Assembly (NCBI RefSeq): GCF_009914755.1
Contig: NC_060928.1
Length of the DNA: 64,000 bases
Reading direction: 5' to 3' (one strand)
Source of the DNA: the human T2T-CHM13v2.0 reference genome, Homo sapiens
Each line of letters begins with the position of its first letter. Position 1 is the first letter of the stretch. Shown here one piece after another: positions 1 through 12,900 of this stretch. Below the pieces are notes generated by a model that did no database searches, was not told the DNA's origin, and saw nothing but the letters and a program-made list of their open reading frames with translations. A program made the translations under genes and the position numbers.

Positions 1-258
1 CTCATAGGTGGGAATTGAACAATAAGAACACATGGACACAGGAAGGGGAACATCACACTCTGGGGACTGTTGTGGGGTGGGGGGAGGGGGGAGGGATAGC
101 ATTAGGAGATATACCTAATGCTAAATGACGAGTTAATGGGTGCAGCACACCAGCATGGCACATGTATACATATGTCACTAACCTGTACATTGTGCACATG
201 TACCCTAAAACTTAAAGTATAATAATAATTTAAAAAAAAACAGAAAAAAAAAAGAAAA
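1..258 (+). mobile_element. LINE-1 3' end (L1PA3/L1PA4-like) with A-rich tail; element continues upstream of the window
   Basis: ORF2 end and 3'UTR: CTCATAGGTGGGAATTGAACAAT, G-rich tract, GCTAAATGACGAGTTAATGGGTGCAGCAC, CCCTAAAACTTAAAGTATAATAATAA, then poly(A). Confidence 0.95.
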
Positions 259-430
259 CAGGTACTGCAATACTTCAACAGTTGAGCTGATAACTGAGAT
301 GGCTACCAAATGACTGACTGGCTGGTAGCTTACACAAGGTGAATATGCTGAACGAAGGGATGATTCACGTCCGGGGAGGAACAGAGTGGGATGATGTGAT
401 TATTTCACCATGTTACTGAGAACAATGTGA
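259..430. mobile_element. Tigger-family DNA transposon fragment (Tigger2/MER28-like)
   Basis: CTGATAACTGAGATGGCTACCAAATGACT...AAGGGATGATTCACGTCCGGG resembles the recalled Tigger2-family terminal region. Confidence 0.6.
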
Positions 431-600
431 CTCTGTTCCTCAATTCGAAGAACGCACACCTATGTGCTTGGCCTGTGACTTTAGTTCCACCTACACTTTA
501 TTTCAATTCTTGTGTCTCAACTCAGGCCTTGAAAACAAAGTGCATGAAGAGCCTGTGCTTCCAAAGACACTGGCTCATTCTTGACATCAATGTTTCAACT

Positions 601-979
601 TGTATTAGTCCATTTTCACACTGCTATAAAGAACTCCTTGAGACTGGGTAATTTATAAAGGAAAGCGGTTTAATTGACTCACAGTTCAGCATGGCTGTGG
701 AAACCTCAGGAAACTTACAATCATGGCAGAAGGTAAAGAGGAAACAGGGCACCTTCTTCACAAAAACGGCAGGCAGGAGAAGTGCTGAGTAAAGGAGGGA
801 AGACCCCTTATAAAACCATCAGATCTCGTGAGAACTCTCTCACTATCACAAGAACAGCATGGAGAAAACCGCCCCATCATTCAATTACTTCCACCTGGTC
901 TCTCCCTTGGCAGGTGGGGATAATGGGGATTGTAATTCAAGATGAGATTTGGGTGGAGACACAAAGCCTAACCATTTCA
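601..979 (-). mobile_element. MaLR solo LTR (THE1D/MSTA-like)
   Basis: TGTATTAGTCCATTTTCACACTGCTATAAAG...GAGATTTGGGTGGAGACACAAAGCCTAACCATTTCA is the reverse complement of a THE1/MST LTR, about 380 bp. Confidence 0.92.
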
Positions 980-2889
980 AACTGGTTTCTCTTTCCACCG
1001 CACAGATTTTGGCCAAGGTTCTGACCGCTCTAACCCAATCTCTTCATCCATGGGTTCTGAGACAATAAGCAAGGCCTACTTGTCTAAGTTCTGGTCCTTA
1101 TTAGCCAATATTTCTTTGTCTGCCTCTGTCCCCCACTGGTAATAATATATGTTTATAGAATATGGTATATTATTCACAACTACTGTAAGAACATAATCAC
1201 AGTGATTATGTCAAAAGATAATAATTCTTAGGAATAAAATAAATACAAAATATTAATTTTTACAATCAATAAAAATATCCAGATTAGAGTGAATAAGAAA
1301 TAAAGAAAACATGATGTGAATGAAAAAGATGGCTATTATATTTTATGTAAATACGTGTTAAGAATGATTTATAAACTAAACTTGTAAAGAAAAACTAATG
1401 TGCTTATCAATGAACACTCTTATTAGGATATTGATTGATGACGATTTAGAACAGACAATTTTAGGAGATTGCTTAGAAACAGACAATTCCATTAAGCAAC
1501 TTTAATCCTTTGTCTTTTATACATTAATTATGTTTACTTGCTACCAACTTGATGTGGAATATCTTTGTGTAGAGAGTTTTTTTTTTTATTGCTTTATGGA
1601 ACAGTAAGCCCAAACAGTTGAAAGGCAGCAATTGAAATCATTGTGGAGAAGATTCAATCTTGTAGCAGGGATTGTCAATGCTGCTCAAAAAAGAGATGAC
1701 GTTTCAGGGTAGAACCTTACCAAAGGTCAAAATGTGGGGGAATAGAGGACAGACACAAAATCACCTCATAAGAGGTTGCTGCTCAAGGGTGAGAGGTTTG
1801 GTGAATCAATGTATAAAAGATATTGAAAATCTATAGTTTAAATAGAGTATAAGGAACAGATTTAAAATTAGTAACAGAGGATGAAGAATAAGCTGTGAGC
1901 AATAAGGTAGTAATCAATTAAGACTCTTTAGAATAGCCACACTGTGATTATTTTAAAAACAGGATTAACACTATTGTGAGGAAAATGCCAGAAAAAGTAA
2001 AATATACCATCAAGACAACAAATTAACTATGAAATAACTCAGGAAAAAAGCATGCTACATTTACAATTACTCCTTAACTCTGGTTTTGAAATGAAATGTT
2101 CAAAAGAAAGAATAGCAGATAACTGATCAAAATGTAGATGAGCTGAGACTGCTAATGTAGAAGCAGAATGAAATGAGTATTTTAAAGAATAGTTTTGTGT
2201 TTTATATACTTCATTAAATAATATGCTAATAAAATATATAATCAGATATAATGAGTTAAATTATGTAAAGTGCTTTAGAAAGGACAGTGCTACACAAATG
2301 CAAAGCACAACATTATCACTTCGAAGTCCTTGTGTTTCAAGACTCAGGTATATACATACAGAACCAATGCTTGATTTTAGTAGTTTTATCTTTCTCTTTT
2401 TTTGTAGAGGGGGTGGTAGTTAAAAGAATTAAAATTGGAGGCCTAATTACAGTCCATATCTGAGTATGTATTCTTGAGCAACAGAGTTCAAATTGGCTAA
2501 ACAGAAGCAAGAACAACTTAGAAGAGAGTTAAAAACCTAAAAATCAGTGAACGAAAGTATATTAGAAAGATTTGCAATATTTGATACCCACTATAGAGTT
2601 AAAATCTAAACATATTGATTATTATAGATTATAGAATTTCCCAGAAATCTGTGGAATTAAATTTTTCAACTATTTATAATCACATACACTAATACAGTAC
2701 CTGGATTATATACCTGGATCTCAGCTTGGACTAGAGAAAACTGTATATCATATAACCATAGTTACTGTTCAATTATGATTGTAATTTTATATCCAAAGAC
2801 CATCTTAAGTTTAGATATTAATTCCTATAGATTCTTTGAGATTTTCTATAGGCACACAATATACTTGTACTAATGACTGCAAGAAGTCT

Positions 2890-3051
2890 GATGTGGCTTC
2901 CTTTAAAGCCAGTGATCCCACCAGATTATGGCCCATGCTCATGAACTCAATCCTAGTTACCTCCCAAAGGCCCCACCATCTCCAAATATGATCACAAGGG
3001 GGTAAGGGCTTTAGCATATGAATTTGAAGGGACACTATTCAGTCTACAGCA
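2890..3051 (-). mobile_element. MLT1A-like MaLR LTR fragment
   Basis: TTACCTCCCAAAGGCCCCACCATCTCCAAAT...CATATGAATTTGAAGGGACACTATTCAGTCTACAGCA. Confidence 0.7.
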
Positions 3052-3129
3052 TGAGCTGAAGGAGAGAAAGATGATACATTCACAGATTTGTGAATCTTAA
3101 AGTGGACAAACTCGTAAAAACTGCTGAGT

Positions 3130-6100
3130 CAAGAAATAAAATATTACCAAAATCCCAGAAGCTCCAATGTGCCTTTTTCAGTCACAGCTGGACTGCCTAT
3201 CCAAAGACAACCATTATCCCAGTATTTAACACTGTTAGTTTTGCTTATTTTAAAAATTTATATAATGAAATTATATAATACTTATTATTTTGTGTCTAGC
3301 TTTTCTTCACTCACAGTAATAGCCTGATATTCATTCATGTTGGTGGTGTAACAATATTTCATTTATTTTCATAGCTGTATAGTAGTCCATTGTGTGAAAA
3401 TTGCACATTTATTTACCCATTTTATTTTTGGTGGTCATTTATTTTCCAAATTTTTTTTAACTTTCATTTTAAGTTCAGGGTTACAAATGCAGGCTTATTA
3501 CGTAGGTAAACTTGAGCCATGGGGGTTTGTTGTATAGATTATTTCATCACCCAGGTATTAAGTCTAGGACCAGTTAGTCTTTTTTCTTGATACTCTCCCT
3601 CCTCCCAACCTCCACCCTTCGAAAGGCCCCAGTGTGCATTGTTCCCCTCTATGTGTCCATGTGTTCTCATAATTTAGTTCCCACTTATAAAAGACAGCAT
3701 GCAATATTTGGTTTACTATTACACATAATGTAACTTATGAACATTCTTGTATATATGTTTTGGGGAACAGACATATGCAGTTCTGACAAGTGTATGCATA
3801 TCAGTAGAATTACCTAGAATATGCATTTTCACATTTGTAGATACCACTGCAGTTTTTCAAAATGATGCTAAATATTTAAGCCCTGTTAGCAATGTCTGAG
3901 TTCCAATTATGCTACCTCTTTGTCAATATATGGTATTGTTAGTATAATTTTCACCTTTCTGGTATGTGTGGTGGTGTATCTCACTGTGATTTTAGCTTGC
4001 ATTTCCCTGAAAACTGATGAAGTTAAATACTTTTTAATGTATTTATTGCTGATTTTTGTATTTGGTTACCTCTTTTTCAGCTTTAATGGTTTTTGGAAGT
4101 TCTTTATATATTCCGCATACATGTAATTTATCAGTTATATATATTAAATATTTATTCTTCTGCCCTGTGGCATATTTTTCATTCTTTACATTAAAATAGT
4201 ATATTTTAATAAACATGATATCTTAATTTTATTATATCTAAATTATCAATATTTTCCTTTAGGGTTGGGAAAAATTGTTTTCTGTTTAAGAAATATTTAC
4301 CTATGCCAGGGTCAAAAATCTTCTATATGTCATTTTCTAAAAGCTTTATGCTTTATCTTTTATACATTATTCTATAATCCACATGGAATTGATTTTCCTC
4401 CTGATGTGAGCAAGAGTCAACATTTATTGTTTTCCCAAAAAGATGTCTCAGTGACCCAGCATCATTTATTGAAAAGACAGTTGTTTTCCTTTCACTTGAA
4501 GGCATCACCTTGTTATCAGTCCAGTGTCTTTATACTTGTTGGTCTATTTCTAGACACCCTGTTCTGTGACAGAGGCCATTTATCTGTGCTTCCATCAAGG
4601 GTCCCTCATTTTTTAAACACCTGTGGCTTTACAACAATTCCTAATATCTCATAGTGTAAGTCTTAAAATTTTGTTCTACTTCAAGCATGTCTAATTTGTC
4701 TTGATTCCCCCTGGCTGTTTGCACTTCTGTATACATTTTGGAATCTTATCGGTTTCTATAAAACAAAACTTTTGGAATTTTTATTGGGATTACATTGACC
4801 CTCTGGATCAATTTGGGGAAAATTGACATTTTCTTTCATGGACGTAATATGCCCTTTATATTTAGGCTCTCTTTAATCTCTCAAAAATATTTTGTAGTTT
4901 TTTGTGTAGAGAGTTTGTATAAATTTTGTGAGATTATTCTTATTCAATGACCTTTGGTGCTATTGCAATTAATAATAATTTTCTCAATTTTACTTTATAA
5001 GTGTTCATTGTTGGTATATAGACATAAAATTAATTTTATTTACTAATTTTATATTTAAAGACCATGTTAAATTTAGATATTAATTCCAATTGATTCTTTG
5101 GAATTTTCTACATGCTTTCAATATTAAGAAGACATTTTTATTTCTTCATTTTGAATTCTTATACCATTCTTTTTCATGATATGTTGCACTGACTACATCT
5201 CAAGTACATATTTGAAGTGGAGATGGTGGATATATTGATCTTATTCTGGATTTAGATGGAAAGCTTACTGTAATTTTTTGTATGCTCCTAAAGAAAATTT
5301 CTACTTCTACTTTACTAATCGTTTTATGGTAGCTGTCTTTCTCTGCATCTTTTGAGATAAACACATGATATTTCTCTTTTGCTCTGTTAGTCTGATGCAC
5401 TACCTTGATGGGTTAACAATTGTCCAACTTTGCATTCATATAAAACAAAACCTAGTTGGTTTTTTTTAAGAACTCTTTTTAAGAATTTTATTTAAAGAGA
5501 TTGGTATATGCACTTTTCCCCATTCTTATAAAAGATTGTTGACTTTATAAAATAAATTGGGAATTACTCCTTCTTTGCTTTTCTTTGGAATATTTCATAT
5601 AGGATTACATTACTTTTTCTGAATGATTTGTAGAATTCATTGTTGAATGGAACACATTCTGTAGCTTTAATAGGAAGAAGGTTCTCATTTAGAGATCTGA
5701 CGAATTTAACAGATATAGGGCCATCACTTTTCTTTTGTAGATCTTGTGTCAGTTTTGATATATTGTCAAGGCCTTTTATTACTGGAAATATGTGAATTTC
5801 ATATGAATTTTTCATTTTTTGAATAAGTTGTTTTCAACATATTCTTATTATTATTAGAAATCTGTAGTTAGAGTCTTAGTTTTAATATCTGTATAGGCTT
5901 AGTGGTGTCTTCTTTATCATTCATGATAGGCTAATTTGTTCCCTTTCCCCTCCTCCTTTCTGGTCAGGCTACACAGGTTTATCAGTTTTATTGACATTTC
6001 ATAGAACCAGTTTAGACTTTCATCATCTCTGTGTTGTTTTTCTTATTAACGTTTAGTGTTATCTTTATTTCCTCCTACTACCTTTGTGTTTAATTTGGTG

Positions 6101-7050
6101 CTGCTTTCTAACTTGAGATGAATAATTTTAGGAGCCTCTTGGTAATATAAGTAGTGTTTTTAAAATATGATCATTTTATAATTATAAAATGTGCAATGTA
6201 TTTTTACCATGTATGCTTTTTATTTGCATCTCACTAGTTTTGATATGCCATTTTTTATTACCAATCAGCTCAAACTGTTTTCTAATTTACTTTTTAATTT
6301 CATTGGCCCAAGGGTTATGTACTAGATTGTTGCTTAACTTCAAAATATGTGTAGATTTTATTTATTATTGATTTTTATGTTAATTCTACTATAGACAGAG
6401 CACATTATGTATGATTTCCTATTTTGATTATTTTTGAGACTTGCTTTATTGCACAACGTATTTTACATTTTGATAAACACTCCATATGCCCTTGAAAACA
6501 ATAGATATTGTATATTCTGTGGTTGAGTGAGTTTGACAGAAAGATAGTTCAATGGATGGATGAATGGGTGGACAAACAGATAGACAGCAGACATCAATTA
6601 AGTAGTTTATAATTGTGTGGTTCAAACATTCACATTCTTATTTATGGATAGACAGGTTTGTTCTGTCAGTTAATGAGAGAAGTGTTAAAATATATATTTA
6701 TAAATATTCCCTTTTACTTCTACCAGTTTTAGCTTTATGTACATGGAGCTATGCTAGTAGGTACATAAAAATGTACAACTATTATTTCATCTTCCAGTTT
6801 TTCTTCTTAATAATTATGAAATATCCCTTTTTATATTAACTGATGCTTTTTTATTTTAAAATCAATTCCACTAGTTTTCTTCTGGTGTTTATATGATATG
6901 CTTTTTTTTCATCTTTTTTCTTTCAAAATTCTATATACTTATATTCATGTAATATATAACACACATATTTACATTTGTATATCCTGTATTTATTTACTTA
7001 TTTATAGCAATTTAAGTGGTATAAAAAATTTCTCTTTCTTTTACTTTGAT
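3130..7050 (-). mobile_element. Ancient degraded LINE-1 (L1ME/L1M-type), antisense, with younger insertions
   Basis: T-rich antisense L1 3'UTR and ORF2 motifs, e.g. GTGGTGTATCTCACTGTGATTTTAGCTTGCATTTCCCTG, CCAGCATCATTTATTGAAAAGAC, GGATCAATTTGGGGAAAATTGACAT. Confidence 0.8.
3451..3714 (-). mobile_element. 5'-truncated L1PA (L1PA12-16-like) 3' end nested in the older L1
   Basis: Poly(T) then AACTTTCATTTTAAGTTCAGGG...CATGGGGGTTTGTTGTATAGATTATTTCATCACCCAGGTATTAAG...CCCACTTATAA. Confidence 0.85.
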
Positions 7051-7069
7051 AATCTAGGTTTTTAGAGAA

Positions 7070-7267
7070 AGGATTGGGAATTTTTTTTTATAAAAGGCAA
7101 GATTATTTTTTATTTTGTGGGCCATATCTATTGTGTGTCACAGCTACTCAACACTGCCATTGTAGTCCAAAAGCAGCCATAGACAGAAATAAATGAGTGT
7201 AACTGTGTTTCAATAAAACTTTATCCATATTTTAAAAAACAGATTAAGGTTATAGTTTTCCAAACCT
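7070..7267. mobile_element. MER58A-like hAT-Charlie element
   Basis: CAGCTACTCAACACTGCCATTGTAGTCCAAAAGCAGCCATAGAC...TGTGTTTCAATAAAACTTTAT. Confidence 0.75.
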
Positions 7268-8906
7268 TTTTAATCTATACTAATTGTATTAGTTTTTATT
7301 TTGAGGTTTAAACCTGCCATCTTCTTATTTGTTTTTGTTGATCCTGCTTATTATATATTTCTTTTTCTTTTTTCTTTTTTGATTAAGCATTTTTTATCAT
7401 CTAGTTTTAGCACTATACATTCTTTTTGAAATCTTTAAATTATTTTGTTAGAAATTATACATCCTCATGATTTCCTAGGATTTTAAGTAAATTAGTTCTC
7501 TGTTACTTTCTGGAGGATCTTAGAACGCTCTTTATTCACCTCCTGCCTCTTGTGTTGCTTATGGCCATGGATATTAATTTTATGTATTTTTTCTTCATAT
7601 GTCATTATTATTTTTATGCCTTCATAATTCATATTTAACCAAATATTATTTTATCCCTTACCTTTTCTCTACATTACTTTACAAAGTTCCATGCTTTCAT
7701 ATTGTAAAAATTTTATTTAGCCTACATAACTTTCTTTAGTTTTGGTGCAAGTAACTGGAAGGGTGAGGGGAGAAGTGGCATAGGATATTGATACATTTTA
7801 TTTTTATTTTAATTGAAAAATGAAACAAAAAAATGAAAATCATGGAAAATTCCATTTTCTTTTTTATCTATACCTCTAACATTCTGGTTAATGATGGCTT
7901 CAATTTTTTTTTTATTTTGCTCAAATTTTATACTTTTTTGTGGTAAAGTTGATCTGCATCAAGAAAATATGGCATAACCCAAATAATTTTTTTCTTTGTA
8001 TTTCCATATCATCTATGTTTGCCCATTAAACGCTGATGGAGAAAAGGAGATTGACAGCAGTATATTCTCTCTTATATCCTAAAAACACTAAAATTAGTGG
8101 AAGTAACATGCATTGCAGGTTATTTTTTGCTGATTTTTTGATAGCAGGATCCTGGATTCCTATTTATGTTCAGGTCTTGTAGTTTTTATGTAAGCTCTCC
8201 TGATTTTCTCCCATTATACTCTTTTAAATTGATATGCTTTAAAGTTTTCTTCCACAGTCACACTCATCCAAACAAATAGGCACTTTGACCATATACAGTC
8301 TTATTGGGTTATTAGATTGCTTATATGGCCACTTAGTCATAATTTCAAACGCCTGTAACTCCATTTTGCAAAGCAGACCAAATTATTTCAATCATCATTT
8401 ATCAGTATAAGTTCATATATTCTGCTAGGAAGTCTTTAAACTACAAAACATTAAGAAATAAGTCTTTTCTTAATCTCATGTTTTCTATAAATTATATTGA
8501 TTTTTAAAAATTTAATATAAACATTTTATAACTAAGACTCTTGTTTTCTAGCCATGTTATTTTTTATTTTACTTTATAATTGCAAAATATGTCATGGATT
8601 TCTTTTGTATAAAATAAAAATAGTAAATTTTTTCATAATATTTCTTTCATTAAACACAGGTTTAGAGTCATTTATTCTCAATTTCATCTAATAAAATAAA
8701 AATAGGATATTACGCTAATGTTATTATCTTTCATATGAATATTCCAAAGTCTTTTACCATGTTTCTATAGGAAGTATTTAGAAGCACAGGTAAAGTGATT
8801 TAACTTTCTTAGGACTATGTAGTCCAGGCAACATAATACAGTTTAATTTGCAGATCAATCAGTTCATTCATTAATCAATGTGCACTGTATCCATGTTGGT
8901 TAAGGC

Positions 8907-9112
8907 AGTGGCTCTTAACCAGAAGAATGCACCAGATTTTCTTGGGATGGCTTTTAAACAAGTACACCCAGGGACCTAAACCCTAAGATACCTTGTAAAC
9001 AAATGCACCCAGGGACCCAACCTGTAAAGTATAGCAATTTGGAAGTAGACTATTAAAAAGCTCCACAAATTATTGTGATGCACATTCTTACTCAAGAAAT
9101 CCTGCTTTAGCC
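8907..9112. mobile_element. MER5-like hAT-Charlie fragment
   Basis: Starts CAGTGGCTCTTAACC (hAT TIR-like) and ends with an AAGCTCC...GTGATGCAC...AAGAAATCCTG-type segment. Confidence 0.45.
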
Positions 9113-9281
9113 ATTGAAGGATAAAAAGGAAACAGACTTTGACACAATAAAATCGAAAAAAAAACATTTAAAAATATATAAAATAATATGTAATAAAATG
9201 TGGAATGTTCTGGTTCTGTGTGGGATAGAAATACTTCATTAGAAAGATTAGACTTAATCTGTACTTTCAAAAGTAGGTTGG

Positions 9282-9600
9282 AGCCAGGTGCGGTGGCTCA
9301 CACCTGTACTCCCAGCACTTTGGGAGGCTGAGATGGGCGGATCATTTGAGGTCTGGAGTTCGAGACCAGCCTGACCAACATGATGAAACCCCATCTCTAC
9401 TAAAAAAAAAAAAAAAAAAAAAAATTGCGAGGCGTGGTGGCGCATGCCTATAGTCTCAGCTACATGGGAGGCTGAGGCAGGAGAATCGCTTGAACCTGGG
9501 AGGCGGAGGGTTGCAGTGAGCCAAGATCACGCCACTGCACTCCAACCTGGGTAACAGAGCGAGACCCTGTCTCAGGAGAAAAAAAAAAAAAAACAAAAAA
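9282..9600 (+). mobile_element. Full-length AluS (Sx-like)
   Basis: Dimeric Alu, linker expanded to A23, A-tail; degenerate TSD AGTAGGTTGG / AGTATGTTGG. Confidence 0.97.
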
Positions 9601-11399
9601 CAGTATGTTGGCTTTTCAGAGCTGGCAGAAATACATGGAAAGAGAAAAAATATATAATATGAGCAAAAGCACAGAGGCAAACATAATTACTGTGTGGGAA
9701 TCAGCAAAGAACAAACTGGTCACCTGAAAGTACGTTCCATGACTCTAGAAATGGTTTCTGTCTTACTCACTGCTTTATATACATTACTATTACCTGTCCA
9801 ACAAATGTGAATGAATGAATAAACCAATCAATCTGTCAATAATGAGCATGGCATGTTCTTACAATAGAGTGGTGGGAAATAGGTACATACACATTTAGAA
9901 CAAAATCCAATTATGGATGATTTTCAGAGCCAGTAAAGAAGGTAAGGCAGGGACCCATAAAATGAAGAGAATATTTGAGCTAGAGTCATTAGGGTATCAT
10001 AACGACACGTATTAGAGAGGTTCTGCATTTGAAAGAAGAGAAGCCAGTTGAAAATGTGTTTCAGTAATACAGGTACGTAATAATCAAGGTCTTACATTAT
10101 TTTCATAAAATTATGCATAGTGCTAAAAATAAGTCCTATTAGGAGAGTTCAAATATTATAAAACTTTTTGACTATTCGTGTTTAATACCACATTTTAGCT
10201 AATTTGATGATTTGTTGTCCTTAAGTTGCACTTGTCTTTATTTCCTTTTCTACTCTCTTCTTCATTCTCTCATCTCTCTCCCTTTACTCTTGAACTTTTA
10301 TATTTTCTCTGTCAAAGTATGTAGCTTAAAAATTAAATACTAGAAAATTCCAGTTGCTGAGATTGTGATTATAATTGGTTACATTCTAGTTGCACAACTT
10401 CAATAAGCTTAATTTATACTTTAATAATATTTTATAATGGATTTACCCTAGAATAATGTTAGAAGAATAAAAATGAAATTAACAAAAAGTTGCTTTTGAT
10501 CAGCACAAGATGTTAATATTCTTAGATATTGTCTTGATATATAATGTTTATATTATAGTTAAGGTAGTGTAGGTAAATGCCAGAAATTTATTGTCTGTTA
10601 TTTGAAAGTTAAAAAAAAAGCCTAGACAATATTTCACAACTTTGTTCATATTTTATAGACTGTTACTTTCTTCACTCATGCCTTATTAATTTCCCATTAA
10701 AACTCTAACTCTTAGGAATATGATTTAATATATATCTGTAGAATACAGGTATTTCACAAGTTAAGAATATGTGAAGTGATGATCAGGCAGTTATACAGCA
10801 TCTGACAGTATATAGAATTAAAGCTGAGTCAGAAGCCAAAAAACATAATTAGGAGAATTGCTGGGATTACAAAAAAATAGGAAAGAAATCTAAGCCACAG
10901 ATTAGCTTCAGTCCCACAATTACCTGAAACAAGACTGATGAAATTATCAGGAGAAAATAAAATATAAATCCATTTTCATGGATAATTTGATATTCAAAGT
11001 AGTCACTTTCACTCTTTCAGGCCATTGGGAGAATGATGCAACCAATTTAATGAATTACTACCCACGTTAACAGCCTAAAGGGGTGGGGGAGGATATATTT
11101 CCTCTGTTTCATATTACCAGGAAGTTTTAGCTACAATGAAAATCTATGTAGCAGGAGAACAGAAAACATATTTTTATGGTTTACGTAGGCTGGAAGCAAC
11201 AAGAAGAACTTTTTTCTGAAGAAAGCAAAAAAAAAAATTGATGCCATATGCAGAAATTATTGCTGGAGTTTAATGGACTGAGATGGCCTTAGGAAGGAGG
11301 AAAAAATGACTATTAACTGTTTCTAATGATTCAAAACAACAGCTACCTCTACAAAAATTGTACTCTACCACTGCTCACTAAATACGCTCCTCACCATCA

Positions 11400-12900
11400 C
11401 CACTCCCCATCATGCTTGTGCTGACAACATCCATGAATTAAACAATTGACATTTTAAAAAAAACCCATGGTTACCTGAAAGCTGAGGTTTCTGTCTTCCT
11501 ATGCCAATGTTCCTAGTTTTGGATGAGATGAGGAAAAATACAGTTGTGCATGTAAAAGTTACGTTCGCTTGAATGTTTGCATATTTTACATTTGAGTGCA
11601 GGCATCTATCAAGGATGCAAACCAAAGTGAAGCAAAAAGAGTATTTAAATCACGCGTGGATCTTAGAGACAGAGAGAGACATCTACTGGTCCATTTACTA
11701 CCAATCCCAAGCGCCTCCCCCTCCACTGTAATTAATGTAACGTTTTCTCTCTTTACAGCTGACAGCCAAGAGCATAATTAGAGTCTAATAAAACACAGAA
11801 AAGTCACAAATGCAAAGTGGAATAAACAGTAAACAGTGAGGGAAGAGAAGATCCCGGAGTGTGATGGCTGGGTAATGTCTTAGATAAACTGTGTGCACAT
11901 TGACACTGTCACGCTCTCGGCAGCCCCAAGTGTGCTGGTAGCCTGGTGCAGACAGACAGCTCGAATTAATCCCAAGAGAAGCGCATGACAGGCGAGTGAA
12001 GCAGACAATTAGAATGAAGGAGGAAATTGGAAATGGCAAAGGTGTGAACATATGTCAAATTACAACTAAATGATAAATTACAATTCTGTCATTGGAATAA
12101 GCGGTAATTAAGAAAGATTTCAGCTATCCTTCTTGAAAAAAAATAAGAGAGAACCACGTTTTTCCCCTCAGTTTAGATTTGTTTGCTGAATTGTTTCCAT
12201 CCATCTCACACATGGTGCTGTATCTTCCTGACTTTGGAGCTGCATTATTTGTGTACATTAAGGATAATTCTTTTCTTTCCTCTTCTCCATTTTCCAGACT
12301 GGCAGAATAATAGTGTTAAAATGAAGAGGAAGCTGATAGTATCTGATATAAAAACCTGCAATGAGATTTAAAAAAAAAATAAAAAAAGAGAGGTTTGCTG
12401 CTGAAGCTGCTGCGGCACTCTAATTATTTTAAACAAGCACTGCACAGTCCAGCTGACAATTAGGAAAGCCTGCTCTATGGCTTGGGGGAGTCATATGAAA
12501 CCTCATAATCACTGTATACACGTCCTTTTCGTTTAGACAGTAATGAATGTGGGTGGGGTTTCTTGGCAGTTTTTGGCCACTTAACCACAATTTAAAACAG
12601 CTGTGTAATTATCATGAGTTTTTGAATCCAACATCGAATTCCAATTTAGAGTTTGTAACACCTGTGGTTTGTTACAACCACTAGGACTAAGGCAGGGGAA
12701 TGACAGAAGCAAAAGTGCAGTGCTGGCAAAAACCACCCTGGAGAGGGCATGTTGTTGTCCCATGGGGCTGCTGCATGCCAAGACACAGACGAGGCAGGAA
12801 TCTTCACAGTGGCAAATCTCACATGTAAACATAAGGTGCTGTGTGCAGGAAGGTTTTCTTCAGCAAAGTCAAGACAGGATATTCTGGTCTTGAATTCTTA
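11400..12900. promoter_or_regulatory. Candidate conserved non-coding element / developmental enhancer
   Basis: No repeat recognised; GC and CpG higher than flanks; TAATTA at 11729, 11775, 12105, 12421, 12606; CAGCTGACA at 11756 and 12450; tandem RTAAACA at 11822 and 11829. Confidence 0.6.

Noticed and set aside
12653-12677. TTGTAACA...TGTTACAA hairpin as a miRNA or structured RNA
   Set aside because: 8-bp stem only; expected by chance and too short for a pre-miRNA.
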